From the NCBI RefSeq assembly GCF_963921235.1, contig NC_086097.1, positions 30,878,001 through 30,942,000 of the forward strand: a DNA stretch of 64,000 nucleotides, in the 5' to 3' direction. A model generated the notes under the pieces. It was not told where the DNA came from. It was given only the letters and a program-made list of their open reading frames with translations, and ran no database searches. This stretch comes from Mobula hypostoma. Its lineage: Eukaryota. How positions within the stretch are numbered: the stretch's first letter is position 1; every line of letters starts with the position of its first letter. Both the position numbers and the translations under genes were made by a program. Below are positions 23,985 to 37,258 of this stretch, in pieces.

Positions 23985-25290
23985 CTACACATGATCCATA
24001 TCCCTCCATTCTCTGCATATTCATGCCCCTACCTAAAAGCCTCTTAAATGTCTTTATCATATCCGCTTCCACCAACACTCCTAAAGTACATTCCAGACAC
24101 TAACCACTCTCTCTGTAATAAAACTTGCCCTACACATTTCTTATAAATTTTCTCCCTCCCACCTTAAATCAGCAGCTGGAAAAAAGGATACTGGTTGCCT
24201 GCATTATTTATGCCTTTCATAACTTTATAAACTTCTATCAGGTCAGCCCTCACCTTCTGAGGCTCCACAGAAAACAACCCATTCAACAAGTAATACAGTG
24301 GAAAAACTCAATGGGTTGACCCTCTTAGTTCCCACAGCTGATTGTGTGTTGCTCCAGATTCCAGATCTGCAGATCTTGTGCCTCCAATTTGTCTAGCCTC
24401 TGTTTATAGTTCAGATCAGCCAATCCAGGTAGCAATCTGGTCAACCTGCTCTGCACCCTTTGCAAAGCCTCCACATCCTTCTTGTAATACAAGTTGATAG
24501 GGTGGCTAAGAAGGTATATGGTGTGTTGTCCTTCATTAGTTGGGGGGATTGAGTTCAAGAGCCATGATGTAATGTTACAGCTCTATAAGACTTTGGTTAG
24601 ATGACACTTGAACTGAATTGAGTTCAGTTTTCATTGCCTCATAATAGGAAGGATGTGGAATCTTTAGAGAGGGCGCAGAGGAGATTTACCAGGATGCTGC
24701 CTGGATGAGTGAGCTAGGGCTTTTCCCTTTGGAGCAAAAGAGAATGAGAGGTGACTTGATAGAGATGTATAAGATAAAGAGACTTTGATAGGGTGGACAG
24801 TCAGTGCCGTTTTCCCAGGGAAGAAATGACTAATACAAGAGGGCAGAATTTTAAGTTGATTGGAGGAAGGTATGGGGGGGCGGTGGATGAAATGTCAGAA
24901 ATAAGTTGTTTTTTTTAAACACACAGAGTCATGAGTGTGTAAGTTGCTCTGCTTGGGGTGATGGTAGAGGCAGTTACATTACAGACATTTAAGAGACTCT
25001 TAGATAGTCACATGGATGATAGAAAAATGGAGGGTTATGTGGGAGGAAAGGATTAGACTGATTGTGGAGTAGGTTAAAAGGTAAGCACAACATTGTGGGC
25101 TAAAGGGCCTGTGCCGTGCTCTGCTGTTCTATGTTCTAGTATCCCATCCCAGGCAATATCCTGATGAACCTTCTCTGAACTCTCTCCAACAGCATCATAT
25201 CCTTCTTAGAGTATGGCGGCCAGAACCACAGATAAGACCAAAGCAAAAATGTAACATGGCATCCCAGCTCTTATACTATGCTAGTTCATA
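23985..25290. mobile_element. Cluster of CR1 3' fragments in both orientations
   Basis: Minus-strand pieces at about 23985-24490 and 25140-25290 surround a plus-strand piece at about 24490-25138 (KDVEALQRVQ motifs). Confidence 0.7.
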
Positions 25291-26725
25291 ACAGTTTATC
25301 CTCCTCACAACTCCAAATGGAGATGGATTTTAAATTATCGCATGCCTGCTGTTGTTGCCTCCATTCCTCTGAAGATCAATATGTCCTCCTCCTCTGCTAG
25401 TGCTGGGGTTGATTCCAAAGATCAAAATGTGAAAATCGATTGAAGTCTGGAAGTGAAATGTGATGGCTGAAGTCTGGAGACTAGAAGCCCAGATGACTGT
25501 CTGTCCTGGAGTTTGAGATCTGTCTGTGTGCGTGGGCAAGTGGCAGGGAGGGTGGGAGGGGGAAAGAGGCTGGTTTGTTGCTTGTTGTGTTCTGATTTAT
25601 AAACACAAGAGATTCTACAGAGGCTGGAAATTCAGAATAACATGCACAAAATGCTGGAGAAACTCAGCAGGTCAGGCAGCATCTATGGAGAAGAATAAAG
25701 AGTCAACCTTCAAAGGATCTTGCACATGGTGTGTCGAGCTGCAGCTCCTAATGGACCGCGTTAGGGAACTGGAGATGCAGCTCAATGACCTTCATCTGGT
25801 CAGGGAGAACGAAGAGATGATAGAGAGGAGTTATAGGCAGGTGGTCACACCAGGGCCACATGAGACAGAGAAGTGGGTCACGGTCAGGAGAGAGAAGGGG
25901 AAGAGTCAGATACTGGAGAGTACCCCTGTGGCTGTACCCCTTGACAATAAGTACTCCTGTTTGAGTACTGTTGGGGGAGAACAGCCTACCTGGGGGAAGC
26001 AACAGTGGCCGTGTCTCTGGCACAGAGTCTGTCCCTGTGACTCAGAAGGGTAGGGAAAGGAAGAAAATGGCAGCAGTGGTAGGGGACTCTATAGTTAGGG
26101 GGTCAGACAGGCGATTCTGTGGACTCAAGAAAGAAACTCGGATGGTAGCTTGTCTCCTAGGTGCCAGGGTCTAGGACGTTTCAGATTGCATCCAAGATAT
26201 CCTGCAGTGGGAGGAAGAACAGCCAGAGGTCGTGGGACATATTGGTATCTATGACATAGGTAGGAAAAGGGAAGAGGTCCTGAAAAAACACTACAGGGAG
26301 TTAGGAAGGAAGTTGAGAAGCAGGACAGCAAAGGTAGTAATCTCAGGATTACTGCCTGTGCCACACAACAGTGAGTATAGGAATAGAATGAGGTGGAGGA
26401 TAAATGCGTGGCTGAGGGATTGGAGCAGGGGGCAGGGATTCAGATTTCTGGATCATTGGGACCTCTTTTGGGGCAGGTGTGACCTGTACAAAACGGATGG
26501 GTTGCACTTGAATCCCAGGGGGACAAATATCCTGGCAGGGAGGTTTGCTAAGGCTACTGGGGAGGGTCTAAACTAGAATTGTTGGGGGGTGGGAACCAAA
26601 CTGAAGAGACTGGAGAAGAGACAGTTGGCTCACAAATAGAGAAAGCTTGTAGACAGTGTATGAGGAAGGATAGGCAGGCGATAGAGAAGGGACGCGCTCA
26701 GACAGACGCAAGGAGTATTGTGAAC

Positions 26726-27221
26726 AAATGAAGAGTATACTGACCAATACTAAACTAGGCATGACAACCCTCCTCAGAGTACTGAAATGTTACCCTTTAT
26801 CCAGTTATGTTATATGGCTCAGAATGTTGGACAATATCTCGTTACATGAGGAAATGAATTGAAGCAGCAGAGATGTGGTTTTTGAGGAAGATGCAAAGGA
26901 TATCATGGACGAAACGAATATCTAACGAGGATGTCATGAACAGAGCAAACACATAAAGAGAAATAAGGTATGAGATCATGAAAAGGTAACGTAACTTAAT
27001 TGGACATGTGATTAGGAAAGAGGAGTTAGAATGCACGGTAATTATAGGAAAGATTGAAGGGAAGAAAGCAAGAGGAAGACAAATGATGATGGAGACAGCA
27101 GCCAGGGAACTGGAAATGAATACCAATGAATTGATATACTTGACCTGAAACAGGAGTGTGGGGGCCATGGCAGTCAAAGCTCAAACTGGGCACGGCACCT
27201 GATGATGATGAAGATGATGAC
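26726..27221 (+). mobile_element. RTE-type LINE 3' fragment nested in CR1
   Basis: Remnants YGSECWTIS, EAAEMWFLRKMQRISWT and GKIEGKKARGR. (GAT)n tail. Short TSD tgtgaac at 26719 and 27222. Confidence 0.8.
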
Positions 27222-28721
27222 TGTGAACTAAGCGGATGAGCTTAGAGCGTGGATCAGCACTTGGAGCTATGATGTGGTGGCCATTACAGAGACTTGGATG
27301 GCTCAGGGACAGGAATGGTTACTTCAAGTGCTGGGTTTTAGATGTTTCAGGAAGGACAGGGAGGGAGGCAAAAGAGGTGGGGGCATGGCACTGTTGATCA
27401 GAGATAGTGTCACGGCTGTAGAAAAGGTGGACATCATGGAGGAATTGTCTACGGAGTCTCTGTGGGTGGAGGTTAGGAACAGGAAGGGGTCAATAACTTT
27501 ACTGGGTGTTCTTTATAGGCCGCCCAATAGTAACAGGGATATTGAGGAGCAGATAGGGAAACAGATCCTGGAAAGGTGTAATACTAAGAGTTATCGTGAT
27601 GGGAGATTTTAATTTCCCAAATATCGATTGGCATCTCCCTAGAGCAAGGGGTTTAGATGGGGTGGAGTTTGTTAGGTGTGTCCAGGAAGTTTTCTTGACG
27701 CAATATGTAGATAAGCCTACAAGAGGAGAGACTGTACTTGATCTGGTATTGGGAAATGAACCTAGTCAGGTGTCAGATCTCTCAGTGGGAGAGCATTTTG
27801 GAGATAGTGATCATAATTCTATCTCCTTTACAATAGCATTGGAGAGAGACAGGAACAGAGAACTTAGAAAAGCATTTAATTGGAGTAAGGGAAATTATGA
27901 GGCTATCAGGCAGGAAATTGGAAGCTTAAATTGGGAACAGATATTCTCAGGGAAAAGTACGGAAGAAATGTGGCAAATGTTCAGGGGATATTTGTGTGGA
28001 GTTCTGCATAGGTACGTTCCAGTGAGACAGGAAATTTATGTCAGAGTACAGGAACTGTGGTGTACAAAAGCTGTAGTAAATCTAGTCAAGAAGAAAAGAA
28101 AAGCTTACAAAAGGTTTAGAGAGCTAGGTAATGTTAGAGATCTAGAAGATTATAAGGCTAACAGGAAGGAGCTTAAAAAGGAAATTAGGAGAGCCAGAAG
28201 GGGCCATGAGGAGGCCTTGGTGGGCAGGGTTAAGGAAAACCCCAAGGCATTCTACAAGTATGTGACAAGCATGAGGATAAGATGTGAAAGAATAGGACCT
28301 ATCAAGTGTGACAGTGGGAAAGTGTTTATTGAACCGGAGGAAATAGCAGAGGTACTTAATGAATACTTCATTTCAGTATTCACTATGGAAGAGGATCTTG
28401 GTGATTGTAGTGCTGACTTGCGGCGGACTGAAAAGCTTGAGCATGTAGATATTAAGAAAGAGGATGCGCTGGACCTTTTGGAAAGCATCAAGTTGGATAA
28501 GTCGCCGGGACTGAATGAGATATACCCCAAGCTACTGTGAGAGGTGAGGGAGGAGATTGTTGAGCCTTTGGCAATGATCTTTGAATCATCAATGGGGACG
28601 GGAGAGATTCCGGAGGATTGGAGGGTTGCGGATGTTGTTCCTTTATTCAAGAAAGGGAGTAGAGATAGCCCAGGAAATTATAGACCAGTGAGTCTTACTT
28701 CAGTGGTTGATAAGTTGATAG

Positions 28722-29106
28722 AGATGTTGTGGGGATGGAACTGGACTCTCTGACGGTGGTGTCTGAAAAGAGGATGCTGTCTAAGTTGCATGCCATCTTG
28801 GTCAATGTCTCCCATCCACTACATAATGTACTGTTTGGGCACAGGAGTACATTCAGCCAGAGACTCATTCCACCGAGATGCAACACAGAGCGTCATAGGA
28901 AGTCATTCCTGCCTGTGGCCATCAAACGTTACAACTCCTCCCTTGGAGGGTCAGACACCCTGAGCCAATAGGCTGGTCCTGGACTTATTTCCTGGCATAA
29001 TTTACATATTACTATTTAACTATTTATGGTTTTATTTTTATTATTTATGGTGCAACTGTAACAAAAACCAATTTCCCCCAGGATCAATAAAGTATGACTA
29101 TGACTA
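28722..29106 (+). mobile_element. Rex1-type LINE 3' fragment nested in CR1
   Basis: ORF 28729-28971 (SHPLHNVL...RHRKSFLPVAIK). (ATGACT)n tail. Near-identical to 31188-31589. Confidence 0.85.
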
Positions 29107-30819
29107 AAGAAGATCCTGAGAGGCAGGATTTATGAACATTTGGAGAGGTATAATATGATTAGGAATAGTCAGCATGGCTTTGTCAAGGGCAGGTCATGCC
29201 TTACGAGCCTGATTGAAGTTTTTGAGGATGTGACTAAACACATTGATGAAAGAAGAGCTGAAGATGTAGAGTATATGGATTTCAGCAAGGCATTTGATAA
29301 GGTACCCCATGCAAGGCTTATTGAGAAAGTAAGGAGGCATGGGATCCAAGGGGACATTGCTTTGTAGATCCAGAGCTGGCTTGCCCACAGAAGGCAAAGA
29401 GTGGTTGTAGACGGGTCATATTCCGCATGGAGGTTGGTGACCAGTGGTGTGCCCCAGGGATCTGTTCTGGGACCCTTACTCTTCATGATTTTTATAAGTG
29501 ACCTGGATGAGGAAGTGGAGGGATGGGTTAGTAAGTTTGCTGATAACACAAAGGTTGGGGGTATTGTGGATAGTCTGGAGAGTTGTCAGAGGTTACAGTG
29601 GGACATTGATAGGATGCAAAACTGGGCTGAGAAGTGGCAGATGGCATTCAACCCAAATAAGTGTGAGGTGGTTCATTTTGGTAGGTCAAATATAATGGCA
29701 GAATATAGTATTAATGGTTAGTCTCTTGGCAGTGTGGAGGATCAGAGAGATCTTGGGGTCCAAGTTCATAGGACGCTCAAAGCAGCTGCGCAGGTGACTC
29801 TGTGGTTAATTGGCCTTAATTAATCGTGGAATTGAATTTAGGAGCCAAGAGGTAATGTTGCAGCGATATAGGACCCTGGTCAGACCCCACTTGGAGTACT
29901 GTGCTCAGTTTTGGTCGCCTCACTACGGGAAGGATGTGGAAGCCATAGAAAGGGTGCAGAGGAGATTTACAAGGTATGCTCCCCAATCCAGGCAATATCC
30001 TTATGAAAGCAGGTTGAGTGAACTCGGCCTTTTCTCCTTGGAGCGACGGAGGATGAGAGGTGACCTGATAGAGGTGTATAAGATGATGAGAGGCATTGAT
30101 CGTGTGGATAGTCAGAGGCTTTTTCCCAGGGCTGAAATGGTTGCCACAAGAGGGCACAGGTTTAAGGTGCTGGGGAGTAGGTACAGATGAGATGTCAGGG
30201 GGGTAAGGATTTTACTCAGAGTGGTGAGTGCGTGGAATGGGCTGCCGGCAATGGTGGTGAAGGCGGATATGGTAGGGTCTTTTAAGAGACTTTTGGATAG
30301 GTACATGGAGCTTAGGAAAATAGTAAGCCTAGTAATTTCTAAGGTAGGGACATGTTCGGCACAACTTTGTGGGCTGAAGGGCCTGTATTGTGCTGTAGGT
30401 TTTCTATGTTTTCAAACCGTTGACTTTTTATTCCTTTCCATAGATGCTTCCTGACCTACTGAGTTTCTTTAGCATTGTGTGTCTGTTACTTTGTGTTCTG
30501 TTTTGTTCTGTTGAATGTTGTGGACATGGTGTGATGGCTCCAGAGCATGTGGTGACACTTGTGGGCTGCCCCTCGAACATCCCTAAGCATGTTGGTTGTT
30601 AACACAAAATGACACATTACACTGCACACTGTATGTTTTGATGTACATGTGATAAATAAATCTGAATCTGTTGAGCAAGCTGTGGGTCAACAGGAGTAAA
30701 TCCTTATTATGGAGAAGAGCAAAGAGGTAATACTACCTGTAGCCCTGAGCCAGAGCCAATGAAAAGGGGACACAGGCCAGCTATATAAGTGAGAACCAGC
30801 AGAATCGAAGTATAATGGT

Positions 30820-31965
30820 CAGGGAAATGGCAGATGGAGCTTAATCCAGCCAGTGTTGGATGGTGCATTTTGTAATATCAAATATAAAGGGACAGTTAAT
30901 GGTTGGGCTTTTAACAGTGTTGATGTACAGAGGGATCTTGACCTCCAAGTCCACATCTCCCCGAAAGTGGTTGCACAGGCTGACAAAGCAATAAAGGCGG
31001 CATTCGGCACACTTGCCTTTATAGTGAAGACGATGAAGTTCTAGAGTCAGGACATTATGTTGCAGCATTATAAACGTCTGCTTTGGCCACATCTGGAGTA
31101 TTGCATTCCACTCTGGTTGCCCATTACAGGAAGGAGTAGAGGCTTTGGAGAGAGTGCAGAAGAGGTTCACTAGGGTGCTGTCTGGATTAACAACAGAATC
31201 AACAAACTCATTCGTAAGGCCAGTGATGTTGTGGGGATGGAACTGGACTCTCTCACGGTGGTGTCTGAAAAGAGGATGCTGTCTAAGTTGCATGCCATCT
31301 TGGTCAATGTCTCCCATCCACTACATAACGTACTGTTTGGGCACAGGAGTACATTCAGCCAGAGACTCATTCCACCGAGATGCAACACAGAGCGTCATAG
31401 GAAGTCATTCCTGCCTGTGGCCATCAAACTTTACAAATCCTCCCTTGGAGGGTCAGACACCCTGAGCCGATAGGCTGGTCCTGGACTTATTTCCTGGCAT
31501 AATTTACATATTACTATTATTTATGGTGCAACTGTAACAAAGACCAATTTCCCCCAGGATCAATGAAGTATGACTGTGACTATGACTATGGAGTAGAGGG
31601 CATGTGTTATGAGGAGAGCGGGGACAAACTTGGGTTGTTTTCTCTGGAGCAGCAGAGGTTGAAGGGAACCTGACAGATGTTTATAATATCATCATAGACA
31701 TATATAGGGAAGACAGCCAGTATCTTTTCCCCAGGGTCACAATGTCCAAAATCAGAGCGCAGGCATTTAAGGTGAGACAGGTTAAGTCCAAAAGAAATGT
31801 GTGGAGTAGGGTTTCCATACAGAGAGTGGTAGGTGCCTGAAAATGCATTGCCTGGGGTGGAACTGGAGGCAAATATGAAATAGGCCTTTACATCTCTTAT
31901 ATAGGCATGTGGATGTGCAGAGAAAGGATGTATTTGGACACGAGGGATTAGTTTAGTTAAGTGTT
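30820..31965 (+). mobile_element. CR1 3' fragment interrupted by a Rex1-type insert (31188-31589)
   Basis: QRDLDLQVH and ERVQKRFTRVLSGL frames are split by ORF 31231-31473. Confidence 0.8.
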
Positions 31966-31966
31966 T

Positions 31967-32172
31967 AACAAAATGCTGGAGGAACTCCGCAAATCAGGTA
32001 GCATCGTGGGAGGATAATAAACAGTCCACTTTTTGGCCTGAGACCCTTCACAAGGATGGGAAGGGAAGGGGGCATTATTCTAGCCTCTGCCCCCACGCTT
32101 TCCAGTTGAGTTCCTCCAGAATTTTGCGTGTGTTGCTCAAGTTTTCCAGCATCAGCAGAATCTCTTGTGTGT
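31967..32172. mobile_element. Penelope-derived palindromic repeat
   Basis: caaaatgctggaggaactc at the left end and gagttcctccagaattttg near the right end. Confidence 0.7.
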
Positions 32173-32691
32173 ATGAACACTAGCTCAATTTGCTCAGCAC
32201 AATATGATGGGCCAAAGGGCTTGTTCTTGTGTTCTATAATGGGGCAGAGCTGATCAAAAGAGAATAACGATGAAGGATTTTGGATATAGAGCAATGGGAA
32301 CTCTGGATACTATCAGTAGGAAGGAGTAGGGAGAAAAAGGATCATTCATTTGGCCAACGGGAGGTCCCCTATTTCAGTTATAAGTTGGGGTGTGGTCTGA
32401 GTGAGTACTGGTACAGAAAGTACAATACAGTTTCTATCCTGCTGTTACGTTGCTCTAGTACAATAGGATGGACGTTTGGCCTCAGAATTTGCCTCGTTAT
32501 AATGTTATTGCCTGTCTACACTGCACTTTCTCTGTAGCTGTAACATTTTATTCTGCGTTCTGTTATTGTTTTACCTTGTTCTGCCTCATAGTTTTTCACG
32601 ATACACTGTTACACATGACCATACAAAAACAAGTTACCAATGTGACTGTTTAGTTGTGCTCTATAAATACCAATTATTGTTACATTTCTTT

Positions 32692-33133
32692 CACAACCTG
32701 ACAGCATGAACACCGATTCCTCCAACTTCCAATAATTTTTCCCTTCTTTCTTTTTCATTTCCCCATTCTGGCTCCCCTCTTGCCCCCTCCTTTCTCTTTA
32801 CCTGTCCATCACCGGCCTCTGGTTCCCCTCCTCCTTCCTTTCTTCCAAGATCTACTGTCCTTTCCTAGCGGAAATCTTTTTCATCAGCCCTTTACCTCTT
32901 CCACCCATCACCTCCCAGCTTGTCACTTCATTCCACCTTCCCCGTTACCTGGTCTCATCTATCACCTGGCCCAGCTTGTACACTTTGCCCTCCTCCGACC
33001 TTCTTATTCTGGCTTTTCCCCCTTTCCTTTCCAGTCCTGATGAAGGGTCTCGAACTAAAATTTCAACTGTTTATGCCCCTCCATAGATGCTGTCTGACCA
33101 ACTGACTTCCTCCAGCATTTTGCGTGTTGCTCG
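32692..33133 (+). mobile_element. Penelope-like element 3' end (ORF terminus, pyrimidine-rich UTR, hammerhead-bearing terminal repeat)
   Basis: caacctgacagcatgaacaccgattcctccaacttc reads QPDSMNTDSSNF, resembling PLE ORF C-termini (QPDGMNIDFSNF-like, from memory). It runs into cagtcCTGATGAagggtctcg and the family body. Confidence 0.7.
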
Positions 33134-34159
33134 AGTTTTGTGGATATTTACATTGATATAATTAAATGAGAGTTTGAATTAATTAAGATTTATGTGATTA
33201 TTAACATAAGCTAAATCAATTGACTGAGGTAAGGGTCAACACGCTCATAGAGGCTGATTGGAGTTAGGATGCAATGTGTTATTCCCTTTCTCTGTATATC
33301 TGGAATGTAACAAGCCGGGTTTGTGAATTCCCAGAGGCTAGAAAGTATTCCATGTTCTTTTCAGAGAATAATTTCGGATAACAATCCACAGTTGCTATAG
33401 GCAATGGAGCTGGAAGTGGTCACAAAGGGAGACTTTCCTGTGTTGTAAAGTGAGTTCTTAATACAATGAGGGGATACGGGACAAAGGAAGGGAGAATGTA
33501 GCGTTTTCTCACTGCAATTTACAGTGGGTGGGACAGATTCAAAATGCCGATATGACTGGAGTCAGAATTGTCAGGGAGAGATTCCTGAGTGACTCATTCA
33601 TTTCCATATTTCACTTTTAAATCCTATTCTTCCAGTCTGCACAATGGCCTGGTCTGAGAACGACCCCATCAATCTGCTTGTCTCCATGTTAACTGATTGA
33701 AAGCAATTTACAGATTCAGGTCCACAGGGGTGTGTCTGAGGCTGGCAATTACAACACGCAGTGAACTTTGAATATTGGCACACCAGGTAGAGCTGCTGAC
33801 TCACAGCACCAGAGACCCATATTCAGATTCGATTAGATCTGATCAGCTTTATTTGTCACATGTACATCAAAACTTACAGTGAAATGTGCCGTTTACGCCA
33901 ATGACAAACACAGTCCGGGGATTGTACTGGAGGCAGCCCGCAAGTATTGCCATGCTTCCATCACCAACATTGTATGCCCACCATTTACTAACCCTGAACC
34001 GTATCTTCGGAATATCTTACTAACCCTAAACCGTATCTTCAGAATATGGGGGGAAACTAAAGCACTTGGAGGAAACCTACACAGTCACGTGAAAAATGTA
34101 CAAACTCTTTATCAACAGTGGCGAGAGTTGAACCCCAATCATTGGCGCTGTAAGGCATT

Positions 34160-34357
34160 AAAGTTCAAAGTACAAAGTAAACTCATTATCGAAGTATATA
34201 TATATGTCACTATGTGCAACCCTGAGATTCATTTTGATGTGGGCATACTCAAGAAATTCATAATAGAATAATAACCATAATAGAACCAATGTATGACTGC
34301 ACCATCTTGGGTGTAGAACTAGTGTGCAGAAGATGACAAATTGTGTAAATACAAAAA

Positions 34358-34389
<32 letters not shown>

Positions 34390-35295
34390 AATAGTTTGTA
34401 AATAAGAATAAATAGAGAGAACATGAGATGAGGAGTCCTTGAAAGTGAGTCCATAGGTTGTGGGAACATTTCAGTGATGGGGCGAGTGAAGTTGAATGAA
34501 GTCATCCCATTTGGTTCAAGAACCTGATGGTTGAGATGTAATAACTGTTCCTTAACCTGGTGGTGTGAGACCTGAGGCTCCTGTATCTTCTTCCTGATGG
34601 CAGCAGTGAGAAGAGAGCATGACCTGGAAGTCCCTGATGATGAATGCTGCTTTCCTGCGACAACATTTCGTGTAGATGTGCCCAGTGGTGGGGAGGGCTT
34701 TACCCGTGACGGACTGGGCCATATCCACCACTTTTTGTAGGATTTTCTGTTCAAGGCCATTGGTGTTTCCATACCAGGCTGTGATGCAACCAGTCAATAC
34801 ACTTTCCACTACACATCTATTCAAGTTTGTCAAAGTTTTAGATGACATGCTGAATCTTAACAAATTTCTAAGGAAGTAGAGGTGCTGCTGTGTTTTCTCT
34901 GTAATTGTACTTACATGCTGGACCCAGGACAGGTCCTCTGATAACACCGAGGAATTTGAAATTGCTAACCCTCTTCACCTCTGCTGAGGACTGGCTCATG
35001 GACCTCTGGTTTCCGCCCTCCAAAGTCAATAATAAGCTCCCTGGTCTTGCTGAAATTGAGTGAGAGGTTGTTGTGGCACGACTCAACCAGATTTTCAATC
35101 TCCCTCCTATATGCTGATTCATCACCTTTGATTCGGCCAACGACAGTTGGCGAAACGATCAGGAAACTTGAAAATGGCATTGAGGCTGTGCTTAGCCACA
35201 CAGCCATAAGTGTAAAGCGAGTAGAACAGAGGACTAACTACACGGCCTTGTGGTGCACTTGTGTTGATGGGGATTGTGGAGGAGATGTTGACAAC
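34160..35295 (-). mobile_element. Rex1/Babar LINE 3' portion
   Basis: Frames SAPQGRVVSPLFYSLYT, LYFLRNLLRF and ESVLTGCITAWYG. Confidence 0.85.
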
Positions 35296-35310
35296 CTGAA
35301 CTGACTGGAC

Positions 35311-35500
35311 TTGACTGCTGTGCCACCATGCCACCCTATCCTGACCTTGACTGCTGTGCCACCATGCCACCCTATCCTGACCTTGACTGCTGTGCCACCA
35401 TGCCACCCTATCCTGACCTTGACTGCTGTGCCACCATGCCACCCTATCCTGACCTTGACTGCTGTGCCACCATGCCACCCTATCCTGACCTTGACTGCTG
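35311..35500. repeat. 36-bp minisatellite, 5 identical units plus 10 bp
   Basis: Unit ttgactgctgtgccaccatgccaccctatcctgacc at 35311, 35347, 35383, 35419 and 35455. Confidence 0.97.
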
Positions 35501-35650
35501 ACTGCGTGGAGTTGCACATTCTTCCCGTCACTGCTTGGGTTTCCTCTGTGTTCCGGTTTCCTCCCACATCCCAAAAACGTGCCGGTAGATAGATCAATAG
35601 CCGCTGTAATTGGCCGCTAGTGTGAGGGTGAGTGGTAGAATCTGGAGAAT
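35491..35650 (+). mobile_element. V-SINE-like body
   Basis: gtggagttgcacattcttcccgtcactgcttgggtttcctctgtgttccggtttcctcccacatccc resembles the vertebrate V-SINE central domain. Related pieces at about 49290-49380, 56715-56770 and 60325-60450. Confidence 0.7.
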
Positions 35651-36589
35651 GGTTGACAAATTGGTAAATTTGGGAAAACGTTTAATTACTGTCACATGTA
35701 CTGATGTACCATGAAAGCCTTTGTTTTGTATACCATTCATACAGGTAATTTCGCCACGCCAGCGCAATGAGGTAGTAGTACAAGGTAGAACAGTAAGGAT
35801 GCAGAATAAAATGAAACAGCTACAGAGAAAGTGTGGTGCAGCTAGACAATAAGGTACAAGGCCATAACAAGGTAGATTGTGAGGCTAAAAGTCCATCTTA
35901 TCATACTAGGGGACTGTTCTAACAGTTTTATAACAGTGGGGTGGAAGTTATCCTTGAGCCTGGTGGGATGTGCTTTCTGGATTTTGTATCCCTATCTGAT
36001 GGGAGAGGGGAGAAGAGAGAACGTCTATGGTGGGTGGGGCCTTTTGTTATGTCGGCTGCGAGAAGTATAGATACAGTCTATGAAATTCACACATTTCCTC
36101 ATTATAGATGGATGTAGAAGGTTTAGAGAGTGTGCAGGGAAAATATACCAGGAATCTGCCTGGAATGAGAGCATATCCTATGAGGAGAGGTTGAATGAGC
36201 TGGGGTTTTCTCCTAGGAGCAAGGGAGGATGAGAGATGAATTGATGGAGGTCTACAAGGTGATAAGAGACACAGATAGAATGGATAGCTAGAGACTTTTT
36301 CCCAGGGCAGAAATAGGGAATAGGTTTCAATAGGTTTGAAAGGGAGAATATAACTGCAGCTGTGAAGATCCCTGCTGCACCCGGTGACCCTGTGATCTCT
36401 GTCTCGGAGGCTGATAATAGGCTGTCTTTAAAGAGGATGAACCCTCTCAAGGCAGAAGGTCCCGATGGAGTACCTGGTAAGGCTCTGAAAACTTGTGCCA
36501 ACCAACTGGCAGGACATTTTCAACCTCTCACTGCTACGGCGGAAGTTCCCACTTGCTCCAAAAAGGCAACAATTATACCAGTGCCTAAG

Positions 36590-37258
36590 AATCCAGTCAG
36601 AGAGGCAACCATCTACTATCACTCTGTCTTCTCCCTCAAAGCCAATGTCTAATCCAATTTCCAAACTCATCTTGAATGCTGAGCGACTGAACCTTCTTGA
36701 CAAATCTTGTCAAATGCCTTGCTAAAGTCCATGTAGACAGCATCCACTGTCTTGCCTTCATCAACTTTCCTCTTAGCTTCCTCAAAAAACTCTATAAGAT
36801 TGGTTAGACATGACCTACCAATCACTGAGCCAAACTGACTATCCTTAATAAGTCCATGTCTATTCAAGTACTTGTATTTCCAGTACCTCAGAATATCTTC
36901 CAATAACTTTCCCACTACTGATATCACACTCACCAGCCTATAATTTTCTAGTTTAACTTTAGAACCTTTCTTGAACAACGGAACAACATTGGCAATCCTC
37001 CAATCCTCTGATGCCTAACCAATCGCAAAGGATGACTTAATTATCTCTGCTAGGGCTCCAGCAATTTCAGCACTTGCCTCGTGAAGGATCCAAGGGAGCA
37101 CCTTGTCAGGCCCTGGGAATTTATCCACCTTAACTTGCCTCTGGACAGCAAACACCTCCTCTTCTGTAATCTGTATAGGTTGTGTGAAGTTGATGCCGCT
37201 TTGCCTCATTTATATATAGACTCTGTGTCCATCTCCTGAGTAAATACAGATGCAAAAA
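36590..37258 (-). mobile_element. CR1 RT fragment
   Basis: ORFs 36667-36978 (YMDFSKAFDK) and 37015-37209. Confidence 0.85.

Larger units (their letters stand above)
25715..30410 (+). mobile_element. Near-full-length CR1 LINE with two nested insertions
   Basis: ORF1 pieces (ELQLLMDRVRELE, VVGDSIVRG, FLDHWDLFWGR...DGLHLN) and ORF2 pieces 27274-30190. Flanked by ttcaaa at 25709-25714 and 30411-30416. Confidence 0.92.

Noticed and set aside
33775..33830. tRNA gene
   Set aside because: Only a degenerate tRNA-derived SINE head is present, and no cloverleaf can be formed.
34355..34392. (AAAT)n microsatellite
   Set aside because: An ordinary simple repeat within a LINE 3' UTR.
35311..35500. 36-bp repeats as a CRISPR array or a repeat protein (ORFs 35122-35597)
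   Set aside because: The units are head-to-tail with no spacers, the context is eukaryotic and there are no cas genes. The ORFs are open only because the unit length is a multiple of three with no stop.
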